DNA from: Capsulimonadaceae bacterium
GTDB lineage: Bacteria; Armatimonadota; Armatimonadia; Armatimonadales; Capsulimonadaceae
Direction: 5' to 3'
Assembly (NCBI GenBank): GCA_965215505.1
Contig: OZ244065.1
Span: 5,888,001-5,952,000, forward strand
DNA length: 64,000 nt
Every line of letters begins with the position of its first letter. The stretch's first letter is position 1. Under the pieces are notes generated by a model, which was not told the DNA's origin, did not search any database, and was given only the letters and a program-made list of their open reading frames with translations. Of the stretch, positions 1-10,254 are shown piece by piece. Made by a program: the position numbers and the translations under genes.

Positions 1-61
1 GGGGCGCGATGAATCGCGCCCCTGCGCCCTGCCTTGTAGGGGCGAACCTTGTGTTCGCCCT
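1..61. repeat. Pair of GTAG-type REP-like palindromes
   Basis: 36-61 GTAGGGGCGAACCTTGTGTTCGCCCT is the exact reverse complement of 40928-40953; 1-25 is a second, oppositely oriented palindrome (GGGGCGCGATGAATCGCGCCCC). Confidence 0.75.
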
Positions 62-118
62 TCCGCCTCCGTCCGCCCTTCTTGTCCCGTCCGCCTATTC
101 CTGCACTCACAGGCGAGG

Positions 119-1153
119 CTATGGCAGCTCGATCTGCGCCTTCACCGAGGTCGGCGGCAGGTGGGAGGCGAAGTCGAAGGCCGCGACGCTGTCGGCGAAG
201 GCGAACGTGTCGGTGATCAGCGGCTTGACGTCTATCTTGCCGCTGCCCATCAGGGACAGGGCGCGCGGGAAGACGTGCGCGTAGCGGAAGACGTGTTCGA
301 CCCGCGCCTCCTTGATCTGCGCGCCTACGACGTCGTAGGGCGTCGGCCCGCCCGGCATCCCCACCAGGACCACGCAGCCGCCCGGACGGAGCGGCTCAAA
401 TACGCCCGAGATCGCCCGCTCGCTGCCGCTGCACTCAAACACGACGTCCGCGCCCCAGCCGTCGGTCAGGCCGCGGACGACTTCGGCCACGCTCTCGGAT
501 GCGACATTGACCGGCGTGATCGGCCCCAGCTTCGCGCCCAGGTCCAGCTTCGGCTGCTGCGTGTCAGCCAAAATGACCCGGCTGCACCCGCCCGCGAGCG
601 CGGCCAACGCGGTCACCATCCCGATCGGCCCCGCGCCCAGGACGACGGCCAGATCGCCCGCCTCGATCCGGGCCTTCTTCGCCGCCTGCATCCCGACCGC
701 CAGCGGCTCGACCATGGCCGCCTCGCCGAACGAGACGTTGTCGGGGATTTTGAACGTGTAATCGGCGGGGTGGACGACCGAGGGCCGCAGGACGCCGTGG
801 ATGGGCGGCGTCGCCCAGAACCGGACGGCCGGGTCCAAATTATACATGCCCAGCCGCGAGGCCCGGCTGTTCGGATCGGGAATGCCCGGCTCCATGCACA
901 CCCGGTCGCCCGGCTTCAGCGTCGTGACATCTTCGCCGATATCGGTGACGATGCCGGACGCCTCATGCCCCAGCACCATCGGCGCGTTGACGACGAACGG
1001 CCCGATGCGCCCATGCTGGTAGTAGTGAATGTCCGACCCACAGATGCCGACGGTCTTGATCGCGATGCGGACGTCGCGCGGCCCCAGCGGCTCGGCCAGA
1101 GTGATGTCGCCCAGTGCCAGCTTTTTCGTCTCTTCCAGAATCAGTGCTTCCAT
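119..1153 (-). CDS. Zn-dependent polyol (xylitol/sorbitol) dehydrogenase, MDR family
   Basis: [20 protein letters not shown] Rossmann motif; [12 protein letters not shown] and FRY motifs typical of D-xylulose reductase-like enzymes. Confidence 0.9.
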   Translation of the reverse strand: MEALILEETKKLALGDITLAEPLGPRDVRIAIKTVGICGSDIHYYQHGRIGPFVVNAPMVLGHEASGIVTDIGEDVTTLKPGDRVCMEPGIPDPNSRASRLGMYNLDPAVRFWATPPIHGVLRPSVVHPADYTFKIPDNVSFGEAAMVEPLAVGMQAAKKARIEAGDLAVVLGAGPIGMVTALAALAGGCSRVILADTQQPKLDLGAKLGPITPVNVASESVAEVVRGLTDGWGADVVFECSGSERAISGVFEPLRPGGCVVLVGMPGGPTPYDVVGAQIKEARVEHVFRYAHVFPRALSLMGSGKIDVKPLITDTFAFADSVAAFDFASHLPPTSVKAQIELP

Positions 1154-1207
1154 GTTGCCCCTCCACTTTCCCCCTAGTATACCCAGCTATGCCGGGCGGG
1201 GGTGCCG

Positions 1208-2644
1208 CTAACGAGGGGGCGTGTCCGCGCCGGCCGCCTCGGCCGCTTTCGCCGCATTCCGGGCCGTCAAGCGGTTGAGGACATCGGGGACTAGCTGCTC
1301 GGCGAAGCCGGCGACGAAAGCCCAGACCAGCAACTTGGCGGCGTCGGGCGTCGTGGCCGGGGTCGCGTCCGTAAACTTCGGGAACACCCCCTCCACCGAC
1401 GAGGCGATGATCGAAGCCGGCAGGTTGCTGAGGAAGATCAGGTAGAGCATCATGGCGAAGATGCCCCCATAAGTTGGGGCCAGACTGATGCCGAACTGTC
1501 CGGCATTGAGCGCGATGGTATCCAGCAGCGGCGTGTTCCCGGCGGGCAGCGCCTGGAGGCGGCGCAGCATGCTGATCAGCCCGCCCAGGACTCCGCACAG
1601 GATGACTAGGGCGGAGACTTGCAGGACCTGGAGCGGGGAAGAGATCGCTTCCGGCGGAGCGACCGGGGCGGCCGGGCCGCCGTCCTTCGTGCCGGGCGTG
1701 ACAGCCGTAGGCGTCGCGGGCTTCACCGGCGGGGTGGGGGCTGCGGGAACGGGCGCGGCCACGATCGCCGAGCGCGTCGGAACAGCAAGCCCGGCGAAGG
1801 ACCTTGGGGAGAAGCCTGGAGCGCCGTAGAGGAAGAGCGCGAGCAGCAGGCTGATGGAGGCCGACATGGCACCGATCCGCGAGATCCGGCTGTTCTTCTC
1901 CTCCCGCGCGTTGATGGTGGAGCGGAGGCGCTGGAGGTCACTCAGCAGGATGCTCAGGTCCGCGCGCAGCGTGGCGGCGGCGGGGGAGTCGCCCGTAGAG
2001 TGGCCTGGCGGGGCCTCAACGGGCGGCTCCGGCGGGGCCGGTGTCAGCAGGAAAAAGCCGGTCGCCCCGCGCGGGATGCTGGTGACGGAGACTGCGGAGG
2101 GCTTCCCTTCCGCGCCCGCCCCCGGTGAGGAGTCACCATGTGGTGGGTCCCCGTCGCCGGGCGGCTTGGACTTCTGATAGCCGTCATACCAGGACTGCCC
2201 GGCGACCTCGTGGTAGCGGGCGCGCAGGTTCCAGGCGTAGCGCTGGAGGTAGGCTTCGGGCAGAAGCTGGAGCAGCGCCATTTCCATCCCGCTGACATCG
2301 GCCCAGTTGAGGTCATGCTTTTTACGCTCCCAGGGCCAGTGGAAGCGCTGCCCCTCCTCTTCCTGCTTCTGCTGTTCCCGGACGAGGTATTTGGCAAGCT
2401 CATTGGCGGCGAGGTTTCGCGGGTCTGGGTCCACGCCGGGGAGCGTCAGGTACTGCGCGACGAGCTGGTTGAAGTACTCGACGGCATAGTCGGGGAGACA
2501 CTTCCCCTTGGGCGAGCGCTGGTTGACGGGGAGCGGCGGCGTACCCCCGCCCTCCCCCGGCGCTTTCGGCGCAGCCCCATTAGCGGTGACGCCGGGGTCT
2601 GCGACGCTTGTCTGGTCTTGCATCGGCTTTTCCTCCTTCTGCAT
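1208..2644 (-). CDS. Hypothetical membrane protein with Pro-rich linkers (paralog of 3857-4690)
   Basis: 478-aa ORF with C-terminal TM helices (ILCGVLGGLISMLRRL, LLVWAFVAGFAEQLVP); start may be 2623. Confidence 0.7.
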   Translation of the reverse strand: MQKEEKPMQDQTSVADPGVTANGAAPKAPGEGGGTPPLPVNQRSPKGKCLPDYAVEYFNQLVAQYLTLPGVDPDPRNLAANELAKYLVREQQKQEEEGQRFHWPWERKKHDLNWADVSGMEMALLQLLPEAYLQRYAWNLRARYHEVAGQSWYDGYQKSKPPGDGDPPHGDSSPGAGAEGKPSAVSVTSIPRGATGFFLLTPAPPEPPVEAPPGHSTGDSPAAATLRADLSILLSDLQRLRSTINAREEKNSRISRIGAMSASISLLLALFLYGAPGFSPRSFAGLAVPTRSAIVAAPVPAAPTPPVKPATPTAVTPGTKDGGPAAPVAPPEAISSPLQVLQVSALVILCGVLGGLISMLRRLQALPAGNTPLLDTIALNAGQFGISLAPTYGGIFAMMLYLIFLSNLPASIIASSVEGVFPKFTDATPATTPDAAKLLVWAFVAGFAEQLVPDVLNRLTARNAAKAAEAAGADTPPR

Positions 2645-2737
2645 TGGTCGGAATCAGAGGTCAAAGCAACCCGCCCTGCCTGAACCGTGCCCGCAGGAGT
2701 ACCGAGTTGGAGTATTCTGTTGTGGGGCTGAACGGCT

Positions 2738-3801
2738 TCAGCCGGCCTTGATCGGCAACTCTTCCACCTGCCAGGTCTCCGTGTCTTTGCTGCCGCTAAA
2801 GCTGCCAGAACCCCAGAGATAATGTACCGGAGTTTGCATGCTGTAGAGGGACGCTGGCCCGAACGGCTTGGGGTCCAGCACCAAATCTGTGTCCCGATGG
2901 ATGACAAGCAGGTCACCGGGATCGTTCCCGAAATACAGCCCGGCGTTCCTGTCTGAAGATCCTACGCCAAACGACATGTCCACCGGCACCCACCCGATTC
3001 CATCCGCATAGAACTCGGACCGGACGTGACACTGCCCATAGTCTAGGGTGGTTAATGCCGATTTCGCCAGGCGGCCAGCGAGGGAGTGAGCGGGAACGCC
3101 GTTAGCGCGCATCGCGGAGACGAACAGGTAGGAGAGGCCGCCGCAGTCGGACTGGTCAGTCAGGCATATCTTGGAAGCACTCCGATCCTGTTTTGGGTCG
3201 TAGTGGTAGTGATAGCGCTTCCGTATCGTCTGATAGACGCGGAAACCAAAATCAAGATCACGCTCCGAGGCAGACCTATGCAAATCGGTATCGTCCAGCC
3301 AGTGCTGGAACGGGGGCGACTGGAAATCCATTGTTCGACTGCTCCGCAGGCTGAGAAGCCGATCCGAGGCAGAGAGCGGCGGGATGGGGGCTGCCGGGGG
3401 GCCAAGCAGTATGCGGCGGGAATAAAGCGTTGCCTCGTATAAAACCTAGATGGTCAGCGCCCGCTGCGCCGGTCCGTTCGGCATGGTACGCGCCCACAAG
3501 ACTGGTCGCTGAAGCTGGCTGAGTTCAGCCGTCCGTCCCTGGCCTTGAGGAAGACCATCGAGGAAAAGGCTGGCTTTCACATGGTCCTGCCCCGGCGAGG
3601 GCAGAGGAACCGGTGTGAAGACGGCCCAGCGTCGTGGCGTGTCCTTCGGGTTTCCCATGTGTCCCTGAGAGTGGCCCGGATGTGTCTCACCGGGACCGTT
3701 TCAACGTGATAGGCCGCCGGGGCGGCGGTCTGCGCGTCGCCGCGTCCGCCGCCAAACAGCGAGAGAACCAAAGCTCCGACCCGAAAGACGCGCATGGTCA
3801 T
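2738..3801 (-). pseudogene. Secreted transglutaminase-like protein disrupted by a frameshift and an in-frame TAG
   Basis: C-terminal DCGG...HVRSEFYADGIGWVPVD triad. The same frame continues upstream across TAG 3446-3448 (ALTI*VLYEATLYSRR). The signal-peptide segment (MRVFRVGALVLSLF) is in another frame, with the shift near 3660. Confidence 0.7.
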
Positions 3802-3856
3802 GCCGCAGTATAAACCATGGGCTTGCATCTGTCAAGAAGCCGATCTGCCAAAAATC

Positions 3857-4690
3857 CTACGGGTGTTCCCGGCGGATGTAGGCCAGGGCCGCCGCCCCGC
3901 CGCCCGTCAGCGCCATGACCAGAGGAACAGCGGGCGCAACGCCGTCCGGGACGGGAGAGAGGTGGATCAGAACGAACCCGAGTATCCCCATGATGCAAAG
4001 CCCGAATGCCCAGCAGGCCGAGACCTGCCAGGCAATGGCGCGTGCGTCGGCTCCTGAAGAGGGACTCGACCGGTTGTGTTGGGTCTGTACCAGGAGCAGA
4101 GCCATTTCGGCGCGCAGTGCCTCAATGGGACCCGCCGCGTCGTCCTTGGGCGTCGTCTTCGAGCGCATGTATTGTCGGTACTGTGTGGGGGAAACAGCGG
4201 CACGGTAACGGGCACGCCGGTCATTGGCTTCGCGGCGCAGCACGGCCTCGGGCGTCACGCGCAGCACGGCAAGCTCAAGCTGGTGTAGGTCCGCATAGGT
4301 CAGCGTATGGCGCTCGGATCTCGCGGTCAGATCGTAGATGGTGCTGATCGCCTGTAGGTCGAAATGGAGACACGCCGCCGGGTCCGCCCCGTCCGTCCTG
4401 AACGTGCGGTATTGGTCCAGCAGGGAGCGGAAACGCGCCTCATCGGGGCCGCGCAGGGTCTCGCGTGGGTTTGGCGGGGTTGAAGGCGCCACCCGGACGG
4501 GGGGCGGCGGTGCGGGCCGGAATCGGAGCAGGAAGGGCGAAATGCCGCCCCGCTTGGAAGAAGACGGCCGCTGTGCGCTCGGCGGCGGCGTCGGGGCGGC
4601 TAGAGGGCGGAAAACGAATAGATCAGTCATGATCGGCTTCCCGATGGGTTCCACGACTTCCGGCGTGTCTGCGACCTGCGCTTGTTCCAT
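3857..4690 (-). CDS. Hypothetical membrane protein (paralog of 1208-2644)
   Basis: Shares the block ADL..LELAVLR..PEA.L.R.A...RARY...LRAEM with 1208-2644; two C-terminal TM helices; ATG 4690 follows an AGAGGAG RBS. Confidence 0.6.
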   Translation of the reverse strand: MEQAQVADTPEVVEPIGKPIMTDLFVFRPLAAPTPPPSAQRPSSSKRGGISPFLLRFRPAPPPPVRVAPSTPPNPRETLRGPDEARFRSLLDQYRTFRTDGADPAACLHFDLQAISTIYDLTARSERHTLTYADLHQLELAVLRVTPEAVLRREANDRRARYRAAVSPTQYRQYMRSKTTPKDDAAGPIEALRAEMALLLVQTQHNRSSPSSGADARAIAWQVSACWAFGLCIMGILGFVLIHLSPVPDGVAPAVPLVMALTGGGAAALAYIRREHP

Positions 4691-4861
4691 GTTGATGACT
4701 CCTCTGTGCTCATGCTGCCGGCCGGATGCGAGAGGCACATCGGACACGCCCCCGCCAAGTGGCTCACTTTGCAGAGACACGGCCGGCCCAATAATCCTAC
4801 TGCAAAGTAGTCATACTGCAAAATTCATGCCAAAACTAATGTATTCATGCCAAAACATGAT

Positions 4862-6124
4862 TCATGGGTTTACCGAGCCTAGACTGACCAGTTTTGAGGC
4901 CCCGCCGCTATCGCTGGCGATGCGCTGCAAGAGCCGCGCGGCGGCAAAACTGTCGTCCGTTCCGTCCGGATTCCGGCCCACGAGGCCGATGGTGGAGATG
5001 CGCGCGCGCCGGACGTTGAACCGCCTCAGCGCCTGTGTCAGCTTCTCCGGGTCCGTCTCGCCGACGGTCGGGACGCCGTCGGTCAGGATGACGACCTCGT
5101 TGACGTCGCGCAGCATCAGCGCCCGGACGACGGCGTCTTCCAGGTCGGTGTCCCCGGACGCCTCCAGCCCGCCCAGGAAGGCCGAGGCCCTCTGGAGATT
5201 GCCCGGTGCCGCTTCGGCCATGTCCGGGTCGAACATCTCGCTCCCGCCGCTGAAGGTGACGATGTTGAACGTCTCGCCGGGCCGCAGGCCGTGGAGCGCC
5301 TCCCTCAACTCATCCTCAGCCCGGTCCAGCCGGCTTTTCATGCTGCCCGAGGTATCCAGCACATAAACGATGTGGCGCGTCACCCCGTCCGCGGCCAGGC
5401 CGTCCCCGATCCCGAACGGCCCGCCCGCCTTTCGCCCAGTGTAGGCACCCGCGCCGGCGTCCCACCCCGCGCCTCCCCCGGACGCTCCCCGGCTGGCCTC
5501 CGTTTGAGCGGGAACGCGGGCCACCTCAGTCGGCGCGGCGGGCGGGGACGAAGCAGAAGGCGCAGGCTTGGTGAGCCGTGCGTCAGGCACGGGGGGCGGC
5601 ACGGGGATGGAAACCGCTGGAACCGCCGCGCTGCTGAGGGGCAAAGGGGTGAGTCGGACGGGCAAGAGGGTGTGAGGCCGAGGCGGTGCCTGTACCGGCG
5701 GGTCGAAAGAGGTCTGAGCCGGGACGGCAGGTGCCGGCAGATACGAGACCGGTGCAGTGGGGCGTATGGCGGTGACGATGCGGAAAATAGGGGTCGGCGC
5801 AACGGCCTCCCGCACGGGCCGCCGAGGGCGAACCAGGCGGCGCGGGTCTCTCCGTGGGCGCGGGACTGTCTGCGGACGCGGGGGTGACAGGCTCATCGCC
5901 GCCGTCAGCCTCGAAGCGGTCATCATGCCACGGCGGCCCGAGGAGGGCGGCGCGAGACGCCTTGAAAACGTCACCATCCGCAAATGGGGCTGGCCGGGTG
6001 GACTGCTGAGGTCAGGCAGCCCGCCGAGCCGTCCGATTAGGCCCAGCAGGCCCAGGTTCAGGAGGACCGAGGCCGCCAGGCTGATGCGGAAACGGCGCGC
6101 ATCTGCTGTCAATGAGTCGTTCAT
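4862..6124 (-). CDS. Membrane-anchored Pro-rich protein with C-terminal vWA domain
   Basis: N-terminal TM (ASVLLNLGLLGL), Pro-rich linker, MIDAS motif YVLDTSGSM, ILTDGVPT. Confidence 0.85.
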   Translation of the reverse strand: MNDSLTADARRFRISLAASVLLNLGLLGLIGRLGGLPDLSSPPGQPHLRMVTFSRRLAPPSSGRRGMMTASRLTAAMSLSPPRPQTVPRPRRDPRRLVRPRRPVREAVAPTPIFRIVTAIRPTAPVSYLPAPAVPAQTSFDPPVQAPPRPHTLLPVRLTPLPLSSAAVPAVSIPVPPPVPDARLTKPAPSASSPPAAPTEVARVPAQTEASRGASGGGAGWDAGAGAYTGRKAGGPFGIGDGLAADGVTRHIVYVLDTSGSMKSRLDRAEDELREALHGLRPGETFNIVTFSGGSEMFDPDMAEAAPGNLQRASAFLGGLEASGDTDLEDAVVRALMLRDVNEVVILTDGVPTVGETDPEKLTQALRRFNVRRARISTIGLVGRNPDGTDDSFAAARLLQRIASDSGGASKLVSLGSVNP

Positions 6125-6212
6125 CGCAAAGTAGAACGCCGCGCCGTGGCGCAGAGTTTCCCCTGCGGTTCGGCCCCGTCACGGTCACACGACGGGGCCG
6201 GGCGGGAAGCAG

Positions 6213-7043
6213 CTAAGGCACGGACACGGAAGAAATAGCCTGGATGGACCGCACATCGGCGGCGCTGATGCTCCGGCGACCGGCCAGCGTCTCCACGGTG
6301 TAGTTCCGGCCGTCGAAGGACGCCAGCGCGCCCACCACCTGCGTCTTGTCTTTCAGCGTGAAGAGCTGTGTGGGGGGTGATGTGGGGGGAGGGGCCGGTG
6401 CCAGAGGCGTGTCGGCAACGACCTTCGCGTCGTACTGCTGGCCCCGCGCCGCCGTCACGTCCTCGCCGCCCGCCAATACGCGCCCGAGGTCGGCGCTGAC
6501 ATCGCCCGAAACGCCCGCCTGCTGGTAGTACCCGCCGGGATATTCGCCGCCATACCCGTAAGGTGAATACGGTGGGTAGGAGTAGCCGCGCGCTCCCGTG
6601 CTGATCGATGCCCCGATCTCGCCCGTTGACCCGCTGATCGTCCTGATGGTCCCAGGGGAGACCGCGAGCGTGAGGGGGACGAGCGCCCCGTCATCGGTGC
6701 GCGCGTAGTCGCAGGTGAATGTCAGCTTGCCCGCCCGGCCCAGCGCGCCGTGCCCGGCGGACTCGGTGACGTGCCCGCGCGCCAGAGCGCCTTTCCCCAG
6801 GAGCAGCGTGTGGCCCGGCCCGTAGACGTTCTGGTCCACCGTGAAGAGGACCGGCTCCCCGGTCTTGTCCCGGCCCGAGCGCAGATCCATTTCCAGGCGC
6901 AGCCGAATCGGTGTGCCTTTGGTGAGGATAGCCTGGGACGGGACTGTCTGTTGGCCGACGGGCGTCGCCGGGGCGGCGTGCAGCACAGTGGCGCTTGCCG
7001 CTGTGCTGAGCGCGGCGCGGAGAACGATGACGTGAGGACGCAT
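6213..7043 (-). CDS. Hypothetical secreted protein
   Basis: RBS AAGGAG before ATG 7043; signal peptide; GTPIRLRL...V.FTV...G.L beta-rich pattern. Confidence 0.65.
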   Translation of the reverse strand: MRPHVIVLRAALSTAASATVLHAAPATPVGQQTVPSQAILTKGTPIRLRLEMDLRSGRDKTGEPVLFTVDQNVYGPGHTLLLGKGALARGHVTESAGHGALGRAGKLTFTCDYARTDDGALVPLTLAVSPGTIRTISGSTGEIGASISTGARGYSYPPYSPYGYGGEYPGGYYQQAGVSGDVSADLGRVLAGGEDVTAARGQQYDAKVVADTPLAPAPPPTSPPTQLFTLKDKTQVVGALASFDGRNYTVETLAGRRSISAADVRSIQAISSVSVP

Positions 7044-7146
7044 GGCCTTCTCCTTCTGACGGACCTGGTCTCGCCGCGGGGGCGGCGGAGTGCGCGAACA
7101 TCTTCCCACAGTATACCCGCCTGCACAAGAGACGAACAGGACGAGC

Positions 7147-8340
7147 TTACGGGCTGGCGACCCCCACCGTCACCACCTCGGCCACTCCGCCGCTGTCGCG
7201 GGCGATCTGCTGCAACAGGTGCGCCGCCTCGAAACTGTCGTCTGTGCCGTCCGGGTTCTTGCCGACCATGCCGACGGCGGAGATGCGGGCGTGGCCCGAG
7301 TTGAGCCGACGGATCTCGCGGGCGAGCGCCCCGAAGTCCGTCTCGCCCTCGGTCGGGACGCCGTCGGTCAGCAGTACGATCTCGTTGACATGGGGCCGGG
7401 TCAGGGCGCGGAGCATGGCCGCCTCCAGGTTCGTCCCGCCGTCCACCTGGAGCGTGTCGAGGTAGTCCGAAGCCTTCTGCACCATTTCGGGCGTCGCGGG
7501 TGCCATGCCGACGTCGAACGAGCGGACCTCGCTGCTGAAGGCGATGATGTTGAAAGTCTCGCCGGGCCGCAGGCCGTGAAGGGCCAGCCGCAGCTCCATG
7601 TCGGCCCGGTCAATGCGGCTGGTCATGCTGCCCGAGATGTCCAACACATAAACCACATGGCGCGGGGCGCCGTCGCCCGCCATGCCCCTGCCGAGGCCGA
7701 ACGGCTCCCCGGCGTCGCGGCCCCCCCCGGCCCCCGCCCCGCCCCCCTTGCCGGTTCCGACGCCCGCGCCTGCGCCCCGGCCAGCCGACGCGCCGCCCGC
7801 GCCGCTGCCGGTCACGGCGGCGGGCGGCGCGACCGGGGCCGTCGGCGGGGTGGGGGAGGGCGCGCTGACGGCGACTGGCGCGAGGGCGGGCATGGGGGGC
7901 GCGATGACGTTGTGGACGACGAACGGTGCGGCCCGCCGGGTCGTCGCCACGGCCGGGGCGGGCGCGGCAGGCGGCGCGGCCATCGCGGGTGCCGGGGCAC
8001 CCGCCTCCTGCCCCCCCGAGGGCGCGGCGGGCGGCGCGGGCTGGGCCGAATGGACGCGCGCGCCGGGCCGCCGGGGCGCCTTCGGGCGGGGCAGCTTGAC
8101 CGGGCGCGGCCTGGCGACGGTGGGTTTCACCGGCTGCGGCGGGGGCGGGACGACGGGGACGATGACCGGCGGGGGCGGCGCGGGGTGCCACGCCAGCCGC
8201 ACCATCCGGAGCCGGGGGAACACCGCCGCGAGCGGGGCGGACGGCGACCGCCAGACCCAGCCCATCAGGACGAACGCGGCGGCGTTCACCAGGAGCGAGG
8301 CCAGGAAGCAGAAACTCAAGCGGCGCATCTCGGACGTCAC
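7147..8340 (-). CDS. Membrane-anchored Pro-rich protein with C-terminal vWA domain (paralog of 4862-6124)
   Basis: YVLDISGSM MIDAS motif, LLTDGVPT; C-terminal domain highly similar to 4862-6124. Confidence 0.85.
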   Translation of the reverse strand: MTSEMRRLSFCFLASLLVNAAAFVLMGWVWRSPSAPLAAVFPRLRMVRLAWHPAPPPPVIVPVVPPPPQPVKPTVARPRPVKLPRPKAPRRPGARVHSAQPAPPAAPSGGQEAGAPAPAMAAPPAAPAPAVATTRRAAPFVVHNVIAPPMPALAPVAVSAPSPTPPTAPVAPPAAVTGSGAGGASAGRGAGAGVGTGKGGGAGAGGGRDAGEPFGLGRGMAGDGAPRHVVYVLDISGSMTSRIDRADMELRLALHGLRPGETFNIIAFSSEVRSFDVGMAPATPEMVQKASDYLDTLQVDGGTNLEAAMLRALTRPHVNEIVLLTDGVPTEGETDFGALAREIRRLNSGHARISAVGMVGKNPDGTDDSFEAAHLLQQIARDSGGVAEVVTVGVASP

Positions 8341-8418
8341 GAATTAAACCCTCCCTTCTTTGGACGCAAGGCCGGGGCCGGGAGTTCCCGACGCGCGGCG
8401 ACTTCCCCGCGATTTTGC

Positions 8419-8447
8419 TTGACTCCGTGGGGGCCAGCGGTTATAAT
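8419..8447 (+). promoter_or_regulatory. Sigma70-type promoter for glmU
   Basis: TTGACT-N17-TATAAT. Confidence 0.65.
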
Positions 8448-8490
8448 AGGCCGTCACCGACGCCCCGGCGCGTCCGCAGGAGTACCCGTC

Positions 8491-9900
8491 ATGCCCGATC
8501 CATCGTCGCCCCAGGCCGGCCGAGTCGCCGCGCTGATTCTGGCCGCCGGCAAGAGTACGCGCATGAAATCGCGGCGGCCCAAGGCCCTCCACGCCCTGCT
8601 CGGCCAGCCCCTCCTGCGCTGGGCTGTGGACGCCGCCCGAGGCGCGGGCGCGGCCCGGACGGTCCTCGTGGTCGGGCACCAGGCCGAGATGGTCCGCGAG
8701 GCGATGGGGCCTGACCTGGAGTACGTCCTCCAGGCCGAGCAGAAGGGCACCGGCCACGCCGTCCAGATGGCCGAGGTTCTGCTGCGGGACTGGGACGGCC
8801 CCCTGCTCGTCCTGCCGGGTGACGCCCCCCTGCTGTCCGACTCGCTCTTAGAAGCCCTGCTGGCCCACCACACTCGTTCCGGCGCGGCGGCGACCCTGCT
8901 GACGGCGGTTTTGGATGACGCCGGTTCCTATGGCCGCATCGTCCGCGACGGCGAGACGGGCCGCGTCCAAGCCATCGTCGAGGCCCGCGACGCCTCCCCC
9001 GAACAGCTCCTCATCCGCGAGATCGGCACCTCCGTCTACGCCTTCGACCCCGCCGCCCTGTTCGACGCGCTAGGCCGGATCACCCCGCAGAACGCCCAGG
9101 GCGAATACTATCTGACCGACGCCGTGGCCCTGCTCGCCGGTCAGGGCCGCGTCGTCGAGGCGCTCGTCTCCCCCGACGCCGATGTCGTGCGCGGCGTCAA
9201 CACCCGCCCGGAACTCGGCGAGCTGCGCGCGCTGATGCAGGCCCGCATCCACCAGGCCCACGGCCTTGCCGGCGTCACCATCCTGGACCCCCTGACCACC
9301 CACATTGACGCGACGGTCAAGATCGGGCCGGACACTGTTGTTCACCCCTTCACCCTCCTGTCCGGCGTCACCGACATCGGCGAGGACTGCGAGATCGGGC
9401 CGGGTGCCCGTATCAGCGACTCCCGCCTGGGCAGCGGCGTCTCCGTCCGCGACTCGCACGTCACCGCCTCCGAGGTCGGCGACGGGTGCCGCATCGGCCC
9501 CTTCGCCAACCTCCGCCCCGGAACCGTCCTGGGCCGCAATGTCAAGATCGGCGACTTCGTGGAGACGAAGAACGCCACCCTGGGCGACGGCGTCTCGGCG
9601 GGCCACCTGACGTACCTCGGCGACGCCGAGGTCGGCCCGCGCACCAACATCGGGGCCGGCACGATCACCTGCAACTACGACGGCATAGACAAGCACCGCA
9701 CCGTCATCGGCGCGGACGCCTTCGTCGGCACCCACTCCACCCTCGTCGCCCCAGTCACCCTGGGCGAAGGGGCCTGGACCGCCGCCGGCTCGGCCATCAC
9801 CGAGAACGTCCCCGCCGGTGCGCTCGGCATCGGGCGTGCCCGGCAGGTGAACAAAGAGGGCTGGGCGCGGGCCAAGAAGCGGCGCAAGAGCGGCGAGTAG
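8491..9900 (+). CDS. glmU: Bifunctional UDP-GlcNAc pyrophosphorylase / glucosamine-1-phosphate N-acetyltransferase
   Basis: LILAAGKSTRMKS, QKGTGHAV, NAQGEYYLTD, hexapeptide repeats, HLTYLGDA, GTITCNYDG; RBS AGGAG before ATG 8491. Confidence 0.97.
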   Translation: MPDPSSPQAGRVAALILAAGKSTRMKSRRPKALHALLGQPLLRWAVDAARGAGAARTVLVVGHQAEMVREAMGPDLEYVLQAEQKGTGHAVQMAEVLLRDWDGPLLVLPGDAPLLSDSLLEALLAHHTRSGAAATLLTAVLDDAGSYGRIVRDGETGRVQAIVEARDASPEQLLIREIGTSVYAFDPAALFDALGRITPQNAQGEYYLTDAVALLAGQGRVVEALVSPDADVVRGVNTRPELGELRALMQARIHQAHGLAGVTILDPLTTHIDATVKIGPDTVVHPFTLLSGVTDIGEDCEIGPGARISDSRLGSGVSVRDSHVTASEVGDGCRIGPFANLRPGTVLGRNVKIGDFVETKNATLGDGVSAGHLTYLGDAEVGPRTNIGAGTITCNYDGIDKHRTVIGADAFVGTHSTLVAPVTLGEGAWTAAGSAITENVPAGALGIGRARQVNKEGWARAKKRRKSGE

Positions 9901-9906
9901 AGCTTC

Positions 9907-10254
9907 ATGTCCATCCACAAAGACGATAAGTTTATCGAGTTTATCGAATGCGTTTGTTTGCGGCCGACGATGTTCGTGAGGTCCGGTAGCTTTGAGGAGG
10001 TCGCCACCTTTCTGGATGGCTATACCCATGGCGTGACCCAATTCGCTCCTGCTGATGTCAGGGCCGACTGCCTCTATGCATTCGGGTACTGGCTCTCCGA
10101 CAAGTGCGAGGGCTTGAAGGGAGTCCCGCGCAGTCTAGCATGGTTTGGGAAAATACGCCACCTGTTCCCAGACGATCAGGAAGCATTGCAGGCAATGGCG
10201 CGGCTGTATCGGGAGTTCTTGGACGATCCGGGGCGGGTGAAGAGAACCACATGA
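9907..10254 (+). CDS. Hypothetical protein
   Basis: 115-aa lower-GC ORF right after glmU; RP.MF...FL.GY motif; stop overlaps the next start. Confidence 0.6.
   Translation: MSIHKDDKFIEFIECVCLRPTMFVRSGSFEEVATFLDGYTHGVTQFAPADVRADCLYAFGYWLSDKCEGLKGVPRSLAWFGKIRHLFPDDQEALQAMARLYREFLDDPGRVKRTT

Noticed and set aside
3446-3448. Programmed TAG read-through (pyrrolysine or recoding)
   Set aside because: The same gene also has a frameshift, and TAG is used as a normal stop throughout the window.
7090-8490. 936-aa extended GlmU fusion
   Set aside because: The extension is the antisense shadow of the vWA gene; a promoter and RBS support the start at 8491.
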